In this document: one piece after another, positions 11,745 through 20,587 of the stretch
Numbering within the stretch: position 1 is the first letter of the stretch
Layout: each line of letters starts with the position of its first letter
NCBI GenBank assembly: GCA_963665325.3
Contig: CAXXWS020000002.1
Location: 64,001 to 128,000 of the forward strand
Length of the DNA stretch: 64,000 nt
Direction: 5' to 3'
DNA from: Alphaproteobacteria bacterium
GTDB lineage: Bacteria; Pseudomonadota; Alphaproteobacteria; Bin95
Notes under the pieces: model-generated
Database searches by the model: none
What the model was told of the DNA's origin: nothing
The model's input: only the letters and a program-made list of their open reading frames with translations
Program-made: the position numbers and the translations under genes

Positions 11745-12626
11745 ATGATCCGGAACCCGATTCCCTGGCCGAACGGCGCAAGATGCGCGGTTGCAATCAC
11801 CTTCGACATGGACGCCGACAGCCTGATCCACATCGCGCGGCCGGAGGACGGGTTCGACCGGCTGTACCCCGTCTCGATGGGCCGCTACGGACCGACGGTC
11901 GCGATCCCCCGCATCCTCGCGACCTATCGGCGGCTGGGGATCAGGCAGAGCTTCTTCATTCCCGGCTGGTGTCTGGAGACGTACCCCGGCGCAGTCGAGG
12001 CGATCCTGAGCGACGGGCACGAGATCGGGCACCACGGCTGGATCCACGAGGATCCGGTGACGACGCGCGGGCCTTCCCAGGCGGAAGCGTTCGAGAAGGC
12101 CCTGGACGCCCACCGCCGGACCTGCGGCGTCCTCCCGCGCGGCTACCGCGCGCCGGTCTATAACGTCACGCAGCAGGTCATCGACCTGATGGTCCGGCAC
12201 GGGCTGCGCTATGACAGCTCGCTCATGGCGGACGACATCCCCTACCGGCTGACGACCGCCGAGGGTGCGCTCTGGGAGATGCCGGTCCACTGGGGCACCG
12301 ACGACTGGCCGCCCTTCGCCCACTACGATGAGATCGGTTACATGATGCCGGTGCGCGGGCCGTCCGCGGGTCTGGCCGGTTTCTGGGAGGAGTTCGAGGC
12401 GCAGTACGAGGCCGGCGGCTTCTTCATGCCCATCCTCCACCCGTTCCTGACCGGCCGGCTGGCTCGCTGGCGATTGGTCGAGCGCTGGCTGGAGGAGATC
12501 ATGGCGAGCCGGAAGGTCTGGGTCGCCCGGCTGGAGGATATTGCCGACCACCTGGACGCCCTTTCCGCCCAGGGGCATGACATCCGCACCGAACGGCTCC
12601 CCTATTATCGAGGACCGCAGACATGA
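11745..12626 (+). CDS. Polysaccharide deacetylase (CE4) family, PuuE/HpPgdA-like amidohydrolase
   Basis: ITFDMDAD, GHEIGHHGWIH, GYRAP, YDSSLMADDIPY, LHPFLTGR. Confidence 0.85.
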   Translation: MIRNPIPWPNGARCAVAITFDMDADSLIHIARPEDGFDRLYPVSMGRYGPTVAIPRILATYRRLGIRQSFFIPGWCLETYPGAVEAILSDGHEIGHHGWIHEDPVTTRGPSQAEAFEKALDAHRRTCGVLPRGYRAPVYNVTQQVIDLMVRHGLRYDSSLMADDIPYRLTTAEGALWEMPVHWGTDDWPPFAHYDEIGYMMPVRGPSAGLAGFWEEFEAQYEAGGFFMPILHPFLTGRLARWRLVERWLEEIMASRKVWVARLEDIADHLDALSAQGHDIRTERLPYYRGPQT

Positions 12627-13075
12627 GCCTGACAGACACCGACCGCCGGATGCTGCGTATCGCCTACGAGGAAGCCAGGGCCGGGTTCGACGAGGGCGGT
12701 TGCCCTATCGGCTCGGTGCTCGCCCGCGGCGACACGGTGGTCGCGCAAGGCCGGAACCGCCGCGTGCAGCAGGGCGACCCCATCGCGCATGGCGAGATGG
12801 ATGCGCTGCGCAAGGCGGGACGCCAACGGACCTACCGCGACACGACCCTCTATACCTCGCTCTCCCCCTGCATGATGTGCTCGGGCACCATCGTCCAGTT
12901 CGGCATACCCCGTGTCGTCATCGCCGAGAATACGACTTTCGGGGGCAATGAAGGGTTCCTCAGCGAACGCGGCGTCGAGGTGGTCGTCGCCGGCGACCAG
13001 GACTGCATTGCGCTTATGACCCGCTTCATCGAAGAACGGCCCGAACTCTGGGCCGAAGACATCGCCGAAGACTGA
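12623..13075 (+). CDS. Cytosine deaminase (fungal-type, CDA fold)
   Basis: AHGEMD...LSPCMMC Zn motif, PIGSVL, C-terminal PELWAEDI as in yeast FCY1-like enzymes. Confidence 0.9.
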   Translation: MSLTDTDRRMLRIAYEEARAGFDEGGCPIGSVLARGDTVVAQGRNRRVQQGDPIAHGEMDALRKAGRQRTYRDTTLYTSLSPCMMCSGTIVQFGIPRVVIAENTTFGGNEGFLSERGVEVVVAGDQDCIALMTRFIEERPELWAEDIAED

Positions 13076-13081
13076 CAGCCC

Positions 13082-14767
13082 TCACGAAAGGGAAAGGCTG
13101 CCCGCGCGGTTAACGGCGCTGGTGACCGCCTTGAGGGAGGCGGAGACGATGTCCGGGTCCATGCCGGCGCCGTGGACGGTGCCGCCGTCGGGCCGCGTCA
13201 TCTGCACGAAGGCTGCGGCCGTGGCGCTGGCGCCCTTTCCGACCGCATGCTCATGGAAGTCGGTCAGCGTGAGGTCGAGGCCGTAGGTGTTGCGCAGCGC
13301 ATCCATATAGGCGTCGATCGGCCCGTTGCCGCGCCCCGTGATCGACCGCTCGACGCCGTTCTCGCGCAGCGTCGCGGTGATGATCCGCATTTCCGAGGCG
13401 TGGGGATCGGGACGGGTCGCATCCGAGACGAACTCCAGCGGTGTCGCGGCCTTGAGATAGGCGCCCTCGAACGCCTCCCAGATGCGCGCCGGCGCCAGCT
13501 CTTCCTCGGTCTCGTCGGCGATCTGCTGCACCTGCTGGCTGAACTCGACCTGCACCGAGCGCGGCAGCGAGATGCCGTATGCGCGTTCCAGGATATAGGC
13601 GATGCCCCCCTTGCCGGACTGGCTGTTGATTCGCACCACCGTCTCGTAGGTGCGGCCGAGGTCCGCCGGGTCGATGGGCAGGTAGGGCACCTCCCAGACC
13701 GGGCTGTTGGCCTGCTCCAGCGCGGTGAAGCCCTTCTTGATCGCGTCCTGGTGCGAGCCGGAGAAGGCGGTATAGACCAGCTCGCCCGCCCAGGGATGGC
13801 GCGGATGGACCGGCAGGCGGTTGCAATGCTCCGCCACCTCGATGGTGTGGTTGATGTCCGAGAAGTCGAGGGCCGGATCGACGCCCTGGGTGTACATGTT
13901 GATCGCAAGCGTCACGATATCGACATTGCCGGTGCGCTCGCCATTGCCGAACAGCGTCCCTTCGATGCGTTCCGCGCCGGCCATGAAGGCGAGCTCGGCG
14001 GCGGCCACGCCCGTGCCCCGGTCGTTGTGCGGGTGCAGGCTCAGCACGATGCTGTCGCGCCGGGCAAGGTTGCGGTGCATCCACTCGATCTGGTCGGCGT
14101 AGATGTTCGGCGTCGCCATCTCCACCGTCGCCGGCAGGTTGACGATCATCTTGCGCTCGGGCGTCGGCTGCCAGACTTCCGAGACCGCATCGCAGATGTC
14201 CCTGGCGTAGTCGAGCTCGGTGCCGGTGAAGCTCTCCGGCGAATACTGGTAGATGACCTCGGTTTCCGGGACCGTCGGCGTCAGCTCCCTGATGAGTTTC
14301 GCGCCATCGACGGCGATCTTCGTGATGCCGTCCCGGTCCTGGCCGAAGACGACACGGCGCTGCAGCGTCGAGGTCGAGTTGTAGAGGTGCACGATGGCCC
14401 GGCGCGACCCGGCGATGGCCTCGAAGGAGCGCCGGATCAGCTCGTCGCGCGACTGGGTGAGCACCTGGATGGTGACATCGTCGGGGATCATTCCCTTGTC
14501 GATGATGTGGCGGCAGAAGTCGAAATCGGTCTGGCTGGCGGAGGGGAAGCCGACCTCGATCTCCTTGAAGCCGAGGCGCAGGAGTTCCTCGAACATGCGC
14601 AGCTTCCGCCGGAGGCCCATCGGCTCCACGAGCGCCTGGTTGCCGTCGCGCAGATCGACGGAGCACCAGATGGGCGGGCGGGTGATGACGGCGCCCGGCC
14701 AGGTCCGGTCGGGCAGGTCGATCGGCTGGAAGGGCGGGTATTTGTCGGCGGGGTCGATACTGGGCAT
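13082..14767 (-). CDS. leuA: 2-isopropylmalate synthase
   Basis: SVDLRDGNQAL, LHPHNDRG, GNGERTGN, AFSGSHQDAI, regulatory GNGPIDA. Confidence 0.97.
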   Translation of the reverse strand: MPSIDPADKYPPFQPIDLPDRTWPGAVITRPPIWCSVDLRDGNQALVEPMGLRRKLRMFEELLRLGFKEIEVGFPSASQTDFDFCRHIIDKGMIPDDVTIQVLTQSRDELIRRSFEAIAGSRRAIVHLYNSTSTLQRRVVFGQDRDGITKIAVDGAKLIRELTPTVPETEVIYQYSPESFTGTELDYARDICDAVSEVWQPTPERKMIVNLPATVEMATPNIYADQIEWMHRNLARRDSIVLSLHPHNDRGTGVAAAELAFMAGAERIEGTLFGNGERTGNVDIVTLAINMYTQGVDPALDFSDINHTIEVAEHCNRLPVHPRHPWAGELVYTAFSGSHQDAIKKGFTALEQANSPVWEVPYLPIDPADLGRTYETVVRINSQSGKGGIAYILERAYGISLPRSVQVEFSQQVQQIADETEEELAPARIWEAFEGAYLKAATPLEFVSDATRPDPHASEMRIITATLRENGVERSITGRGNGPIDAYMDALRNTYGLDLTLTDFHEHAVGKGASATAAAFVQMTRPDGGTVHGAGMDPDIVSASLKAVTSAVNRAGSLSLS

Positions 14768-14884
14768 GGGACTAAAGCGGTCCTCGGTTTCCGCGCGGCG
14801 CATATCGGGCGGTCAGCGCGGCTTCGAATCTTGGAAATGCAGGGACGTTCGACGGCGGTGAGGTCACACCCGCCGGGCAGCCGT

Positions 14885-14941
14885 TCAGGCCCGGCGAGCG
14901 CCGGTAAGGCCCAGAAGCAGAATGCCGCGAAGGTCGAACAT
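14885..14941 (-). CDS. leuA leader peptide MFDLRGILLLGLTGARRA
   Basis: 18 aa with 5 Leu (CTT,CTG,CTT,CTG,CTT) including an LLL run; lies between a promoter and leuA. Confidence 0.75.
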   Translation of the reverse strand: MFDLRGILLLGLTGARRA

Positions 14942-14951
14942 GATGGACCGG

Positions 14952-14981
14952 CTTATAGGGGAGCGCCGCCGGGCCTGTCAA
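14952..14981 (-). promoter_or_regulatory. sigma70 promoter for the leu leader and leuA
   Basis: TTGACA-N18-TATAAG on the minus strand, 10 nt before the leader ATG. Confidence 0.7.
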
Positions 14982-15050
14982 CGGGTTCTGGACCGGCGCT
15001 CCGGAACGGGCTACCGAGGGGGCGTGCTTTCGAGGAACGGGAGACAGAGG

Positions 15051-15776
15051 ATGCGTTTGCAGGGTCGGGTTGCGGCGGTGACGGGGGCTGGCGGCGGGAT
15101 CGGCGGGGCGGTTGCGGCCGCCTTCCGCGCCGAAGGAGCCATCGTGGTGGGGGCGGACCTCAAGGCGGACGGGCTCGGTCCGGACGGCCTGGTCATAGAC
15201 GTGTCGAATCCTGAGGATGCGAGGCGCCTTGTGTCCGAGACGGTCGCGCGCCACGGCCGCATCGACATTCTCGCCAATGTGGCGGGCACCAGCCTGCGGC
15301 ATGCGTTCCTCGACGTGACGCAGGAAGACTTCGACCGCATCCTCCGGGTCAACCTCCACGGCAGCTTCTACTGCGCGCAGGAGGCGGCCCGCGCCATGGC
15401 CGAAGCCGGCTACGGGCGCATCGTCAATATCGCGTCCATCTCCGGTGTGCGCGCGGGCGCCGAGCGCACGGCCTACGGCATATCCAAGGCGGGTGTCATC
15501 GCGCTGACGCAGCAGGCGGCGCATGAGCTGGCGCCCTTCGGCATCACGGTGAACGCCATCGCGCCGGGGCCGGTCGATACCGAGCTTACCCGCGTCCATC
15601 ACACGCCCGCCGCCCGCGCCAACTACAAGCGCATGATCCCTGCCGGCCGTTACGGCCTCTGCGAGGAGATGGCGGACGCGGCAGTGTTCCTCGCGGGCGA
15701 GGCGGCGGCTTACGTTAACGGCGTCGTGCTCCCCGTGGACGGCGGCTACCTCGCCGCCGGCGTTCGCGAGGACTGA
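15051..15776 (+). CDS. Short-chain dehydrogenase/reductase
   Basis: TGAGGGIG, NVAG, YGISK (YxxxK), NAIAPG, VDGG. Confidence 0.93.
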   Translation: MRLQGRVAAVTGAGGGIGGAVAAAFRAEGAIVVGADLKADGLGPDGLVIDVSNPEDARRLVSETVARHGRIDILANVAGTSLRHAFLDVTQEDFDRILRVNLHGSFYCAQEAARAMAEAGYGRIVNIASISGVRAGAERTAYGISKAGVIALTQQAAHELAPFGITVNAIAPGPVDTELTRVHHTPAARANYKRMIPAGRYGLCEEMADAAVFLAGEAAAYVNGVVLPVDGGYLAAGVRED

Positions 15777-15793
15777 CGCTCGAATCCGGGCCA

Positions 15794-15822
15794 TTGACAA
15801 GCCGCGCCCGGCAACCACTATT
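15794..15822 (+). promoter_or_regulatory. Putative sigma70 promoter of argD-argF-hslO
   Basis: TTGACA followed 16-17 nt later by CACTATT. Confidence 0.5.
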
Positions 15823-15887
15823 GCGCGCTTCCCCGCCGGCTCGCGGCGGGGATGTCGTTTGAAGAACTCTCTGAAGGAGACCCACTC

Positions 15888-17069
15888 GTGATCGCCCCCC
15901 TGATGCCGACCTATGGGGATCGGGACATCGCTTTCGAGAAAGGCGAGGGACCGTACCTCTTCGCGTCCGACGGGCGGCGGTTCCTGGACTTCGGCGGCGG
16001 GATTGCCGTGACCGCTCTCGGCCACGCCCATCCCGGCCTTGTTGCCGCGCTCCAGGATCAGGCCGGCCGGCTTTGGCATACCTCGAACCTGTACAATATC
16101 CCCAACCAGGAGCGAGCCGGGCGACGACTGGCCGACAACAGCTTCGCGGACACGGTCTTCTTCTGCAATTCCGGCCTCGAGGCCATCGAGTGCGGCATCA
16201 AGCTCGTGCGCAAGCACTATGCCGACAAGGGCGAGCCGGAACGCTTCCGCATTATTACCGTCGAAGGCTGCTTCCACGGCCGCTCGCTCGCCTCCATCGC
16301 GGCTTCCGGCCAGGAGAAGCTCTACAAGGGCTTCGGCCCGGTGACGGAGGGCTTCGACCAGGTGGCCTTCGGCAATCTCAACGAGCTGCGCGCCGCCGTG
16401 ACGGCTGAGACCTGCGCCGTGCTTGTCGAGCCGGTGCAGGGCGAGGGCGGCATCCGCCCGATGTCCACGGATTACCTGAAGGGCGTCCGCGCGCTTTGCG
16501 ACGAATTCGGTCTCTTGATGTTCCTCGACGAGGTGCAGTGCGGCATGGGCCGCACGGGCAAGCTGTTCGCCTATGAATGGTCCGGCATCCGCCCGGACGT
16601 GATGGCGCTCGCCAAGGGCCTCGGCGGCGGCTTCCCCGTCGGCGCCTGCCTCGCGACGGAAGAGGCAGCGTCGGGTATGGTCGCCGGCACGCACGGCTCC
16701 ACCTTCGGCGGCAACCCGCTGGCGACGGCGGTCGTCAACGCCGTGCTGGATGCGCTGCTGGCCGAGGGCTTCCTCGATGGCGTGCAGGCGCGTGCTGCGG
16801 ACCTGCACGGGCGTCTGGAGGCGCTTGCGACACGCTATCCCGACACGATTCTGGACGTGCGCGGCATGGGCATGATGGTCGGCATCCGGGTCGGCCCCGC
16901 CAATGGCGAGTTCGTCGGCGCGCTGCGCCGCCAGGGCCTGCTGGCGGTGCCGGCGGGCGAGAATGTCGTGCGCCTGCTGCCGCCGCTGGTCGTCGAGGAT
17001 GCGCATGTCGGCGAGGCGGTCGGCATGGTCGAAGGCGCTTGCCGGGAATTTGCCGCCGCCGCTGCGTGA
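15888..17069 (+). CDS. argD: Acetylornithine aminotransferase
   Basis: FFCNSG, FHGRS, DEVQCGMGRTG, AKGLGGGFP, HGSTFGGNPL; GTG start after AAGGAG; adjacent to argF. Confidence 0.95.
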   Translation: MIAPLMPTYGDRDIAFEKGEGPYLFASDGRRFLDFGGGIAVTALGHAHPGLVAALQDQAGRLWHTSNLYNIPNQERAGRRLADNSFADTVFFCNSGLEAIECGIKLVRKHYADKGEPERFRIITVEGCFHGRSLASIAASGQEKLYKGFGPVTEGFDQVAFGNLNELRAAVTAETCAVLVEPVQGEGGIRPMSTDYLKGVRALCDEFGLLMFLDEVQCGMGRTGKLFAYEWSGIRPDVMALAKGLGGGFPVGACLATEEAASGMVAGTHGSTFGGNPLATAVVNAVLDALLAEGFLDGVQARAADLHGRLEALATRYPDTILDVRGMGMMVGIRVGPANGEFVGALRRQGLLAVPAGENVVRLLPPLVVEDAHVGEAVGMVEGACREFAAAAA

Positions 17070-17075
17070 GAGCGT

Positions 17076-17978
17076 ATGAACGCGCCGCGCCACTTCCTCG
17101 ACCTTAAGGACTACGACGGGGCTGCGCTCCGTCGTATCCTCGACCGCGCCCTCGCCTTCAAGGCGGGGGACCCGGCGCGGCCGCTCGAGGGCAAGACGCT
17201 CGCCATGATCTTCGAGCAGCCCTCGACCCGCACCCGCGTGTCCTTTGAGGTCGCCATGCGCCAGCTCGGCGGCCATGTCATCGTGCTTTCGGGCCAGGAC
17301 ACGCAGGTCAAGCGCGGCGAAAGCTGGGCCGACACGGCGCGGGTGCTGTCGCGCTATGTCGATGCGATCATGATCCGCACCGACAATCACGACAAGCTGA
17401 CCGAGCTCGCCGCCAACTCGGAGGTGCCGGTCATCAACGGCCTGACGGACCGCTCGCATCCCTGCCAGCTCATGGCGGATGTGATGACCTTCGAGGAGCA
17501 GCGCGGCGCCATCGCGGGCAAGCGCGTCGCCTGGAGCGGCGACGGCAACAATGTCGCGACGAGCTGGATCCACGCCGCGGCGCGTTTCGACTTCGATTTC
17601 GCCGTCGGCTGCCCGCCGGAGCGCCGACCGCCGGCCGAAGCGCTCGCCTGGGCGGAGGCGAACGGTGCGCGGGTGAGCGTCCATGACGACCCCGTTGCCG
17701 CCGTGCGCAATGCGGACGCGGTCGTAACCGATGTCTGGGTCTCGATGAACGACGGCGGGGAACAAAGCCGCCACAATCTGCTCGCACCGTACCGCGTGGA
17801 CGAACGCCTGATGGCGCGGGCGCTGCCGGACGCGATTTTCCTGCATTGTCTGCCCGCGCACCGTGAGGAAGAAGTGTCGGGCGCGGTGATCGACGGGCCG
17901 CAATCGGTCGTCTGGGACGAGGCGGAAAACCGGCTGCACGCCCAGAAGGGCATTCTCGCCTGGTGCCTCGGGCGGTAG
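17076..17978 (+). CDS. argF: Ornithine carbamoyltransferase
   Basis: STRTR, HPCQ, HCLPAHR, AENRLH. Confidence 0.97.
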   Translation: MNAPRHFLDLKDYDGAALRRILDRALAFKAGDPARPLEGKTLAMIFEQPSTRTRVSFEVAMRQLGGHVIVLSGQDTQVKRGESWADTARVLSRYVDAIMIRTDNHDKLTELAANSEVPVINGLTDRSHPCQLMADVMTFEEQRGAIAGKRVAWSGDGNNVATSWIHAAARFDFDFAVGCPPERRPPAEALAWAEANGARVSVHDDPVAAVRNADAVVTDVWVSMNDGGEQSRHNLLAPYRVDERLMARALPDAIFLHCLPAHREEEVSGAVIDGPQSVVWDEAENRLHAQKGILAWCLGR

Positions 17979-17987
17979 CGCCGGCGC

Positions 17988-18884
17988 ATGGACGGACAGG
18001 CGGCGTTTCGCGACGATTATGTGCGGCCCTTCCGGCTCGGCGGCACGCGGGTGCGCGGTCGCCTTGTGCGGCTCGGGCCGGAAGTCGCGCAGATTCTCGA
18101 CCGGCACGCCTATCCCGACGCGCAGGCAGAGGTGCTCGGCGAATCGCTGGCCATTGCGGCCGCGCTCTCGCAGTCGCTCAAGGCCGAGGGCATCTTCACG
18201 CTCCAGGTCGAGGGCAAAGGTCCGATCCGGCGGCTGGTGGCGGATATCGACGCATCGGGGCTCATGCGTGGCTTCGCGGGCTTCGACGGGGAGATGCCCT
18301 CGGACGGGTCCGGCGGTGCACCCTTCGGGTCCGGCTATCTGGCGTTTACTTTCGACCCCGCGGACGGCGGCGAGCGCTACCAGGGCGTGGTCGAACTGGC
18401 GGAGGGCGGCCTGACTGCCTCCGTGTTGCACTATTTCCGCCAGTCGGAACAGATCGACACCTGCCTTGCGGCTGCCTGCGGCCGGCGCAGCGGCGACTGG
18501 CGCGCGGCGGCGCTGATGCTCCAGCGGCTGCCGGATGAACATCCGGACCCGTCGGAGGAAACCGGCGAGCTCTGGACCAGGCTCGGGCATTACATGCAAA
18601 CCGTCGGGCCGGACGAGCTGCTGGATCCCGCGCTGCCGGGGGATGCGTTGCTCCTGCGCCTCTTCCACCGCGACGAGTTGCGCGTCGATCCCCAGCGCCG
18701 GCTCCGCGACGGCTGCCGCTGCGGCGGCCGGGCACGGATGGAGACCGTGCTCCGCGCGCTGTCCGCCGGCGAGACGGACGACCTGCGCCGTGAGGACGGC
18801 TCGCTGGAGATGGTCTGCCAGTTCTGCGGCCGCGCCGAAGCCTTCTCCGCCGACCAGGCCACCGCCCTCGTCCGCACCTCGTAG
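17988..18884 (+). CDS. hslO: Hsp33 redox-regulated chaperone
   Basis: VRGRLVRL, YQGVVEL, YFRQSEQ, Zn motif CRC...CQFC. Confidence 0.93.
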   Translation: MDGQAAFRDDYVRPFRLGGTRVRGRLVRLGPEVAQILDRHAYPDAQAEVLGESLAIAAALSQSLKAEGIFTLQVEGKGPIRRLVADIDASGLMRGFAGFDGEMPSDGSGGAPFGSGYLAFTFDPADGGERYQGVVELAEGGLTASVLHYFRQSEQIDTCLAAACGRRSGDWRAAALMLQRLPDEHPDPSEETGELWTRLGHYMQTVGPDELLDPALPGDALLLRLFHRDELRVDPQRRLRDGCRCGGRARMETVLRALSAGETDDLRREDGSLEMVCQFCGRAEAFSADQATALVRTS

Positions 18885-18925
18885 CGGCGCCGGGTTCCGA
18901 GAGACGCGATGCAGCGCGTCCGCCG

Positions 18926-18970
18926 GGGCCCACTCCAGCGAAGTGTCATGAGTTGTCATGTTCTGTCATG
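18926..18970 (-). repeat. 3 x CATGACA (10-bp period) plus CTTCGCTGGAGTGGGCCC tail, end of element copy 2
   Basis: Minus strand reads CATGACA-GAA-CATGACA-ACT-CATGACA-CTTCGCTGGAGTGGGCCC, matching 2464-2508; contains the TerS-like stop codon. Confidence 0.9.
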
Positions 18971-19936
18971 GTCCGGCGCGGAACCGGCGCCCTCGAGCCC
19001 GGTCTTCCTTCCCCTCTTCTTCTTTTTCTTTTTCGTCGCCGGTCCACTCCAGTCACCGTCTTCGCCGCCGCCCCGTTCTTCCCGTTCGAGGCGGTTCCGC
19101 GTTCGCTGCCCGACCTCCTCCGGGGCCCAGGGGGCGTAGATTTCGTCGTAGCCGTTGCGGCGCTGGTAGAGCCAGTCATGTTCGGCGCCGTCGGCCCTGT
19201 CACCGTCGACCCTGTCCTCGTCGCCGGACCCTTCGCCACCTGCCCACGGGCAATCCTCGTAGGTCTCCTCGGGCGGGTCGTCGGCGGGGGGCCGGTCTTC
19301 GGGCGAAGCCGGTTCGGGGGCCTCGAAGCAGACGGGCAGTCGCGTCCGCTCCTCGACGGCCCCGGCGAGCCTGCGGGCAACCTCCTCATGCGCGGCCCCG
19401 TCGAAGCCCTCCTGCGCCTCAAGCTCCTCCCGGCTGGCATGGTGCCGCGCGAGCGCGCATCGGGCGCGGTCGAGGCCGCTGCGCACGGCCTCGACGAGCG
19501 GCCCGGGTTCGGCTCCGGCCTCCTCAGCCTCGCCCGCTTCGATCTCGCCGAACTCGTCCTCGTGCGGCAGCGGCCAGAGCCCCGCACGGCGCGCGGTCGT
19601 CGGCCCCGTAAGCCCCGCGATCTCGGCCTGGAAGCGCAGCACCCGGAGCATCGTGTAGGCCGAGCCGCTGGCGACGGCCGCGTCCCACGCCTGCTCCAGC
19701 CGGGCAAGCAGGATGCGGGCCTCGTCCCGCTCGGTGCGCTTCCATGACAGGCGGATGCGCCGCAGCCGTTCGACAATGTAGGGTCGTTCCAATAAGGCGC
19801 AGCCGGTCTGGCGGGCGGAGCGCCCGGAGTAGCCGGCCTGCCTTGCAGCGTCTGCGGCATTGCCGGAGACGGCATAGTGGCGGCAGAAGGCTTCCTGGCG
19901 TGTGGACAGCGCGACGGCGGGTTGGATGATGGGCAT
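18956..19936 (-). CDS. Orphan terminase small subunit-like HTH protein with long acidic tail and poly-Lys stretch
   Basis: LSTRQEAFCRHYAVSGNAADAARQAGYSGRSARQTGCALLERPYI matches the Terminase_2 N-terminal pattern (L+xKQxxFxxxYxxxxNATxAAxxAGYS); AAAGGAG RBS. Confidence 0.8.
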   Translation of the reverse strand: MPIIQPAVALSTRQEAFCRHYAVSGNAADAARQAGYSGRSARQTGCALLERPYIVERLRRIRLSWKRTERDEARILLARLEQAWDAAVASGSAYTMLRVLRFQAEIAGLTGPTTARRAGLWPLPHEDEFGEIEAGEAEEAGAEPGPLVEAVRSGLDRARCALARHHASREELEAQEGFDGAAHEEVARRLAGAVEERTRLPVCFEAPEPASPEDRPPADDPPEETYEDCPWAGGEGSGDEDRVDGDRADGAEHDWLYQRRNGYDEIYAPWAPEEVGQRTRNRLEREERGGGEDGDWSGPATKKKKKKRGRKTGLEGAGSAPDHDRT

Positions 19937-19953
19937 GGGGCGGAGCTCCTTTC

Positions 19954-19968
19954 GTTCCGCTAACGTTC
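19954..19968 (-). promoter_or_regulatory. Alphaproteobacterial LexA (SOS) box
   Basis: Perfect GTTC-CGCTAAC-GTTC (GTTC-N7-GTTC) abutting the RBS of the TerS-like gene. Confidence 0.7.
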
Positions 19969-20030
19969 TTTCGAGTCGAACCTGATTTCAGGGCCGACAC
20001 ACAGCCATCACCCCGACCCGTCTCCGGAGC

Positions 20031-20105
20031 GACCCTGTTTCGCGCGTATCGCGGGCGGGCGCGGGCGCGTGTTGGCGCCGGCGCGGTTCGCGCGCCTGAT
20101 TGCGC
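20031..20105 (-). repeat. 75-bp dispersed conserved segment, copy 2
   Basis: Reverse complement is 68/75 identical to 1402-1476. Confidence 0.92.
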
Positions 20106-20209
20106 GCGCGAGCCGGAGGACGCACTTCGCCTGTTTGTTGAATCGGGGTTGTTCTGCGCCGGGCCGGCGCGAAGGGAAGCGGACCATGGATACCGCTTCC
20201 CTCGGAGCC

Positions 20210-20236
20210 ATTGTAGCATAATTTCCTGAGGGTCAA
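20210..20236 (-). promoter_or_regulatory. Putative promoter heading element copy 2
   Basis: TTGACC-N15-TACAAT with extended -10 (TGCTACAAT). The spacer is short. AT-rich upstream tract resembles copy 1 (TTGTTC...GAAACA..CTTGAC). Confidence 0.45.
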
Positions 20237-20282
20237 GCCTGTTTCGGAATTAATTCAAAACAAGAGAACAAGAAGTCATGCC

Positions 20283-20560
20283 GGCGGCTTCACCGCCGGG
20301 CGCGTCATCGGCAAGTGGATCGGCTTCTACAACACCATCAGGCCGCACTCGGCGCTGGGCGGACGGACGCCGGCCGAGGCCTACTGGGACGGCCCGCCTG
20401 TGGATATGATGGACGAGCCGCTTCGCGCCTTGACCACATCCCCACAGGCGCAGCAGCAGCAACAGGAAGATCGACTCAAGGGGATTCTGGCGGCCTGAAC
20501 TTCAACCGGGATACATCTTAACTCAGCCGTCAGGCTGTCCGACGAACCGAGGCCACCTCA
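20283..20560 (+). mobile_element. IS3-family remnant: transposase C-terminus and right end
   Basis: Manual translation GRVIGKWIGFYNTIRPHSALGGRTPAEAY (W..FYN..RPHS.LG..TP integrase-core tail), stop 20496-20498, IR-like end ...GAGGCCACCTCA. Confidence 0.82.
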
Positions 20561-20587
20561 GACGTTCTGAGCGGGGAGAGGGCGCGC

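Noticed and set aside
14772-18959. 1395-aa minus-strand ORF
   Set aside because: Antisense shadow of SDR-argD-argF-hslO; no motifs, and long shadow ORFs are expected at this GC content.
18956-20560. Prophage
   Set aside because: Only a TerS-like gene and an IS fragment; no TerL, portal, capsid, tail or integrase, and the flanks are housekeeping genes.
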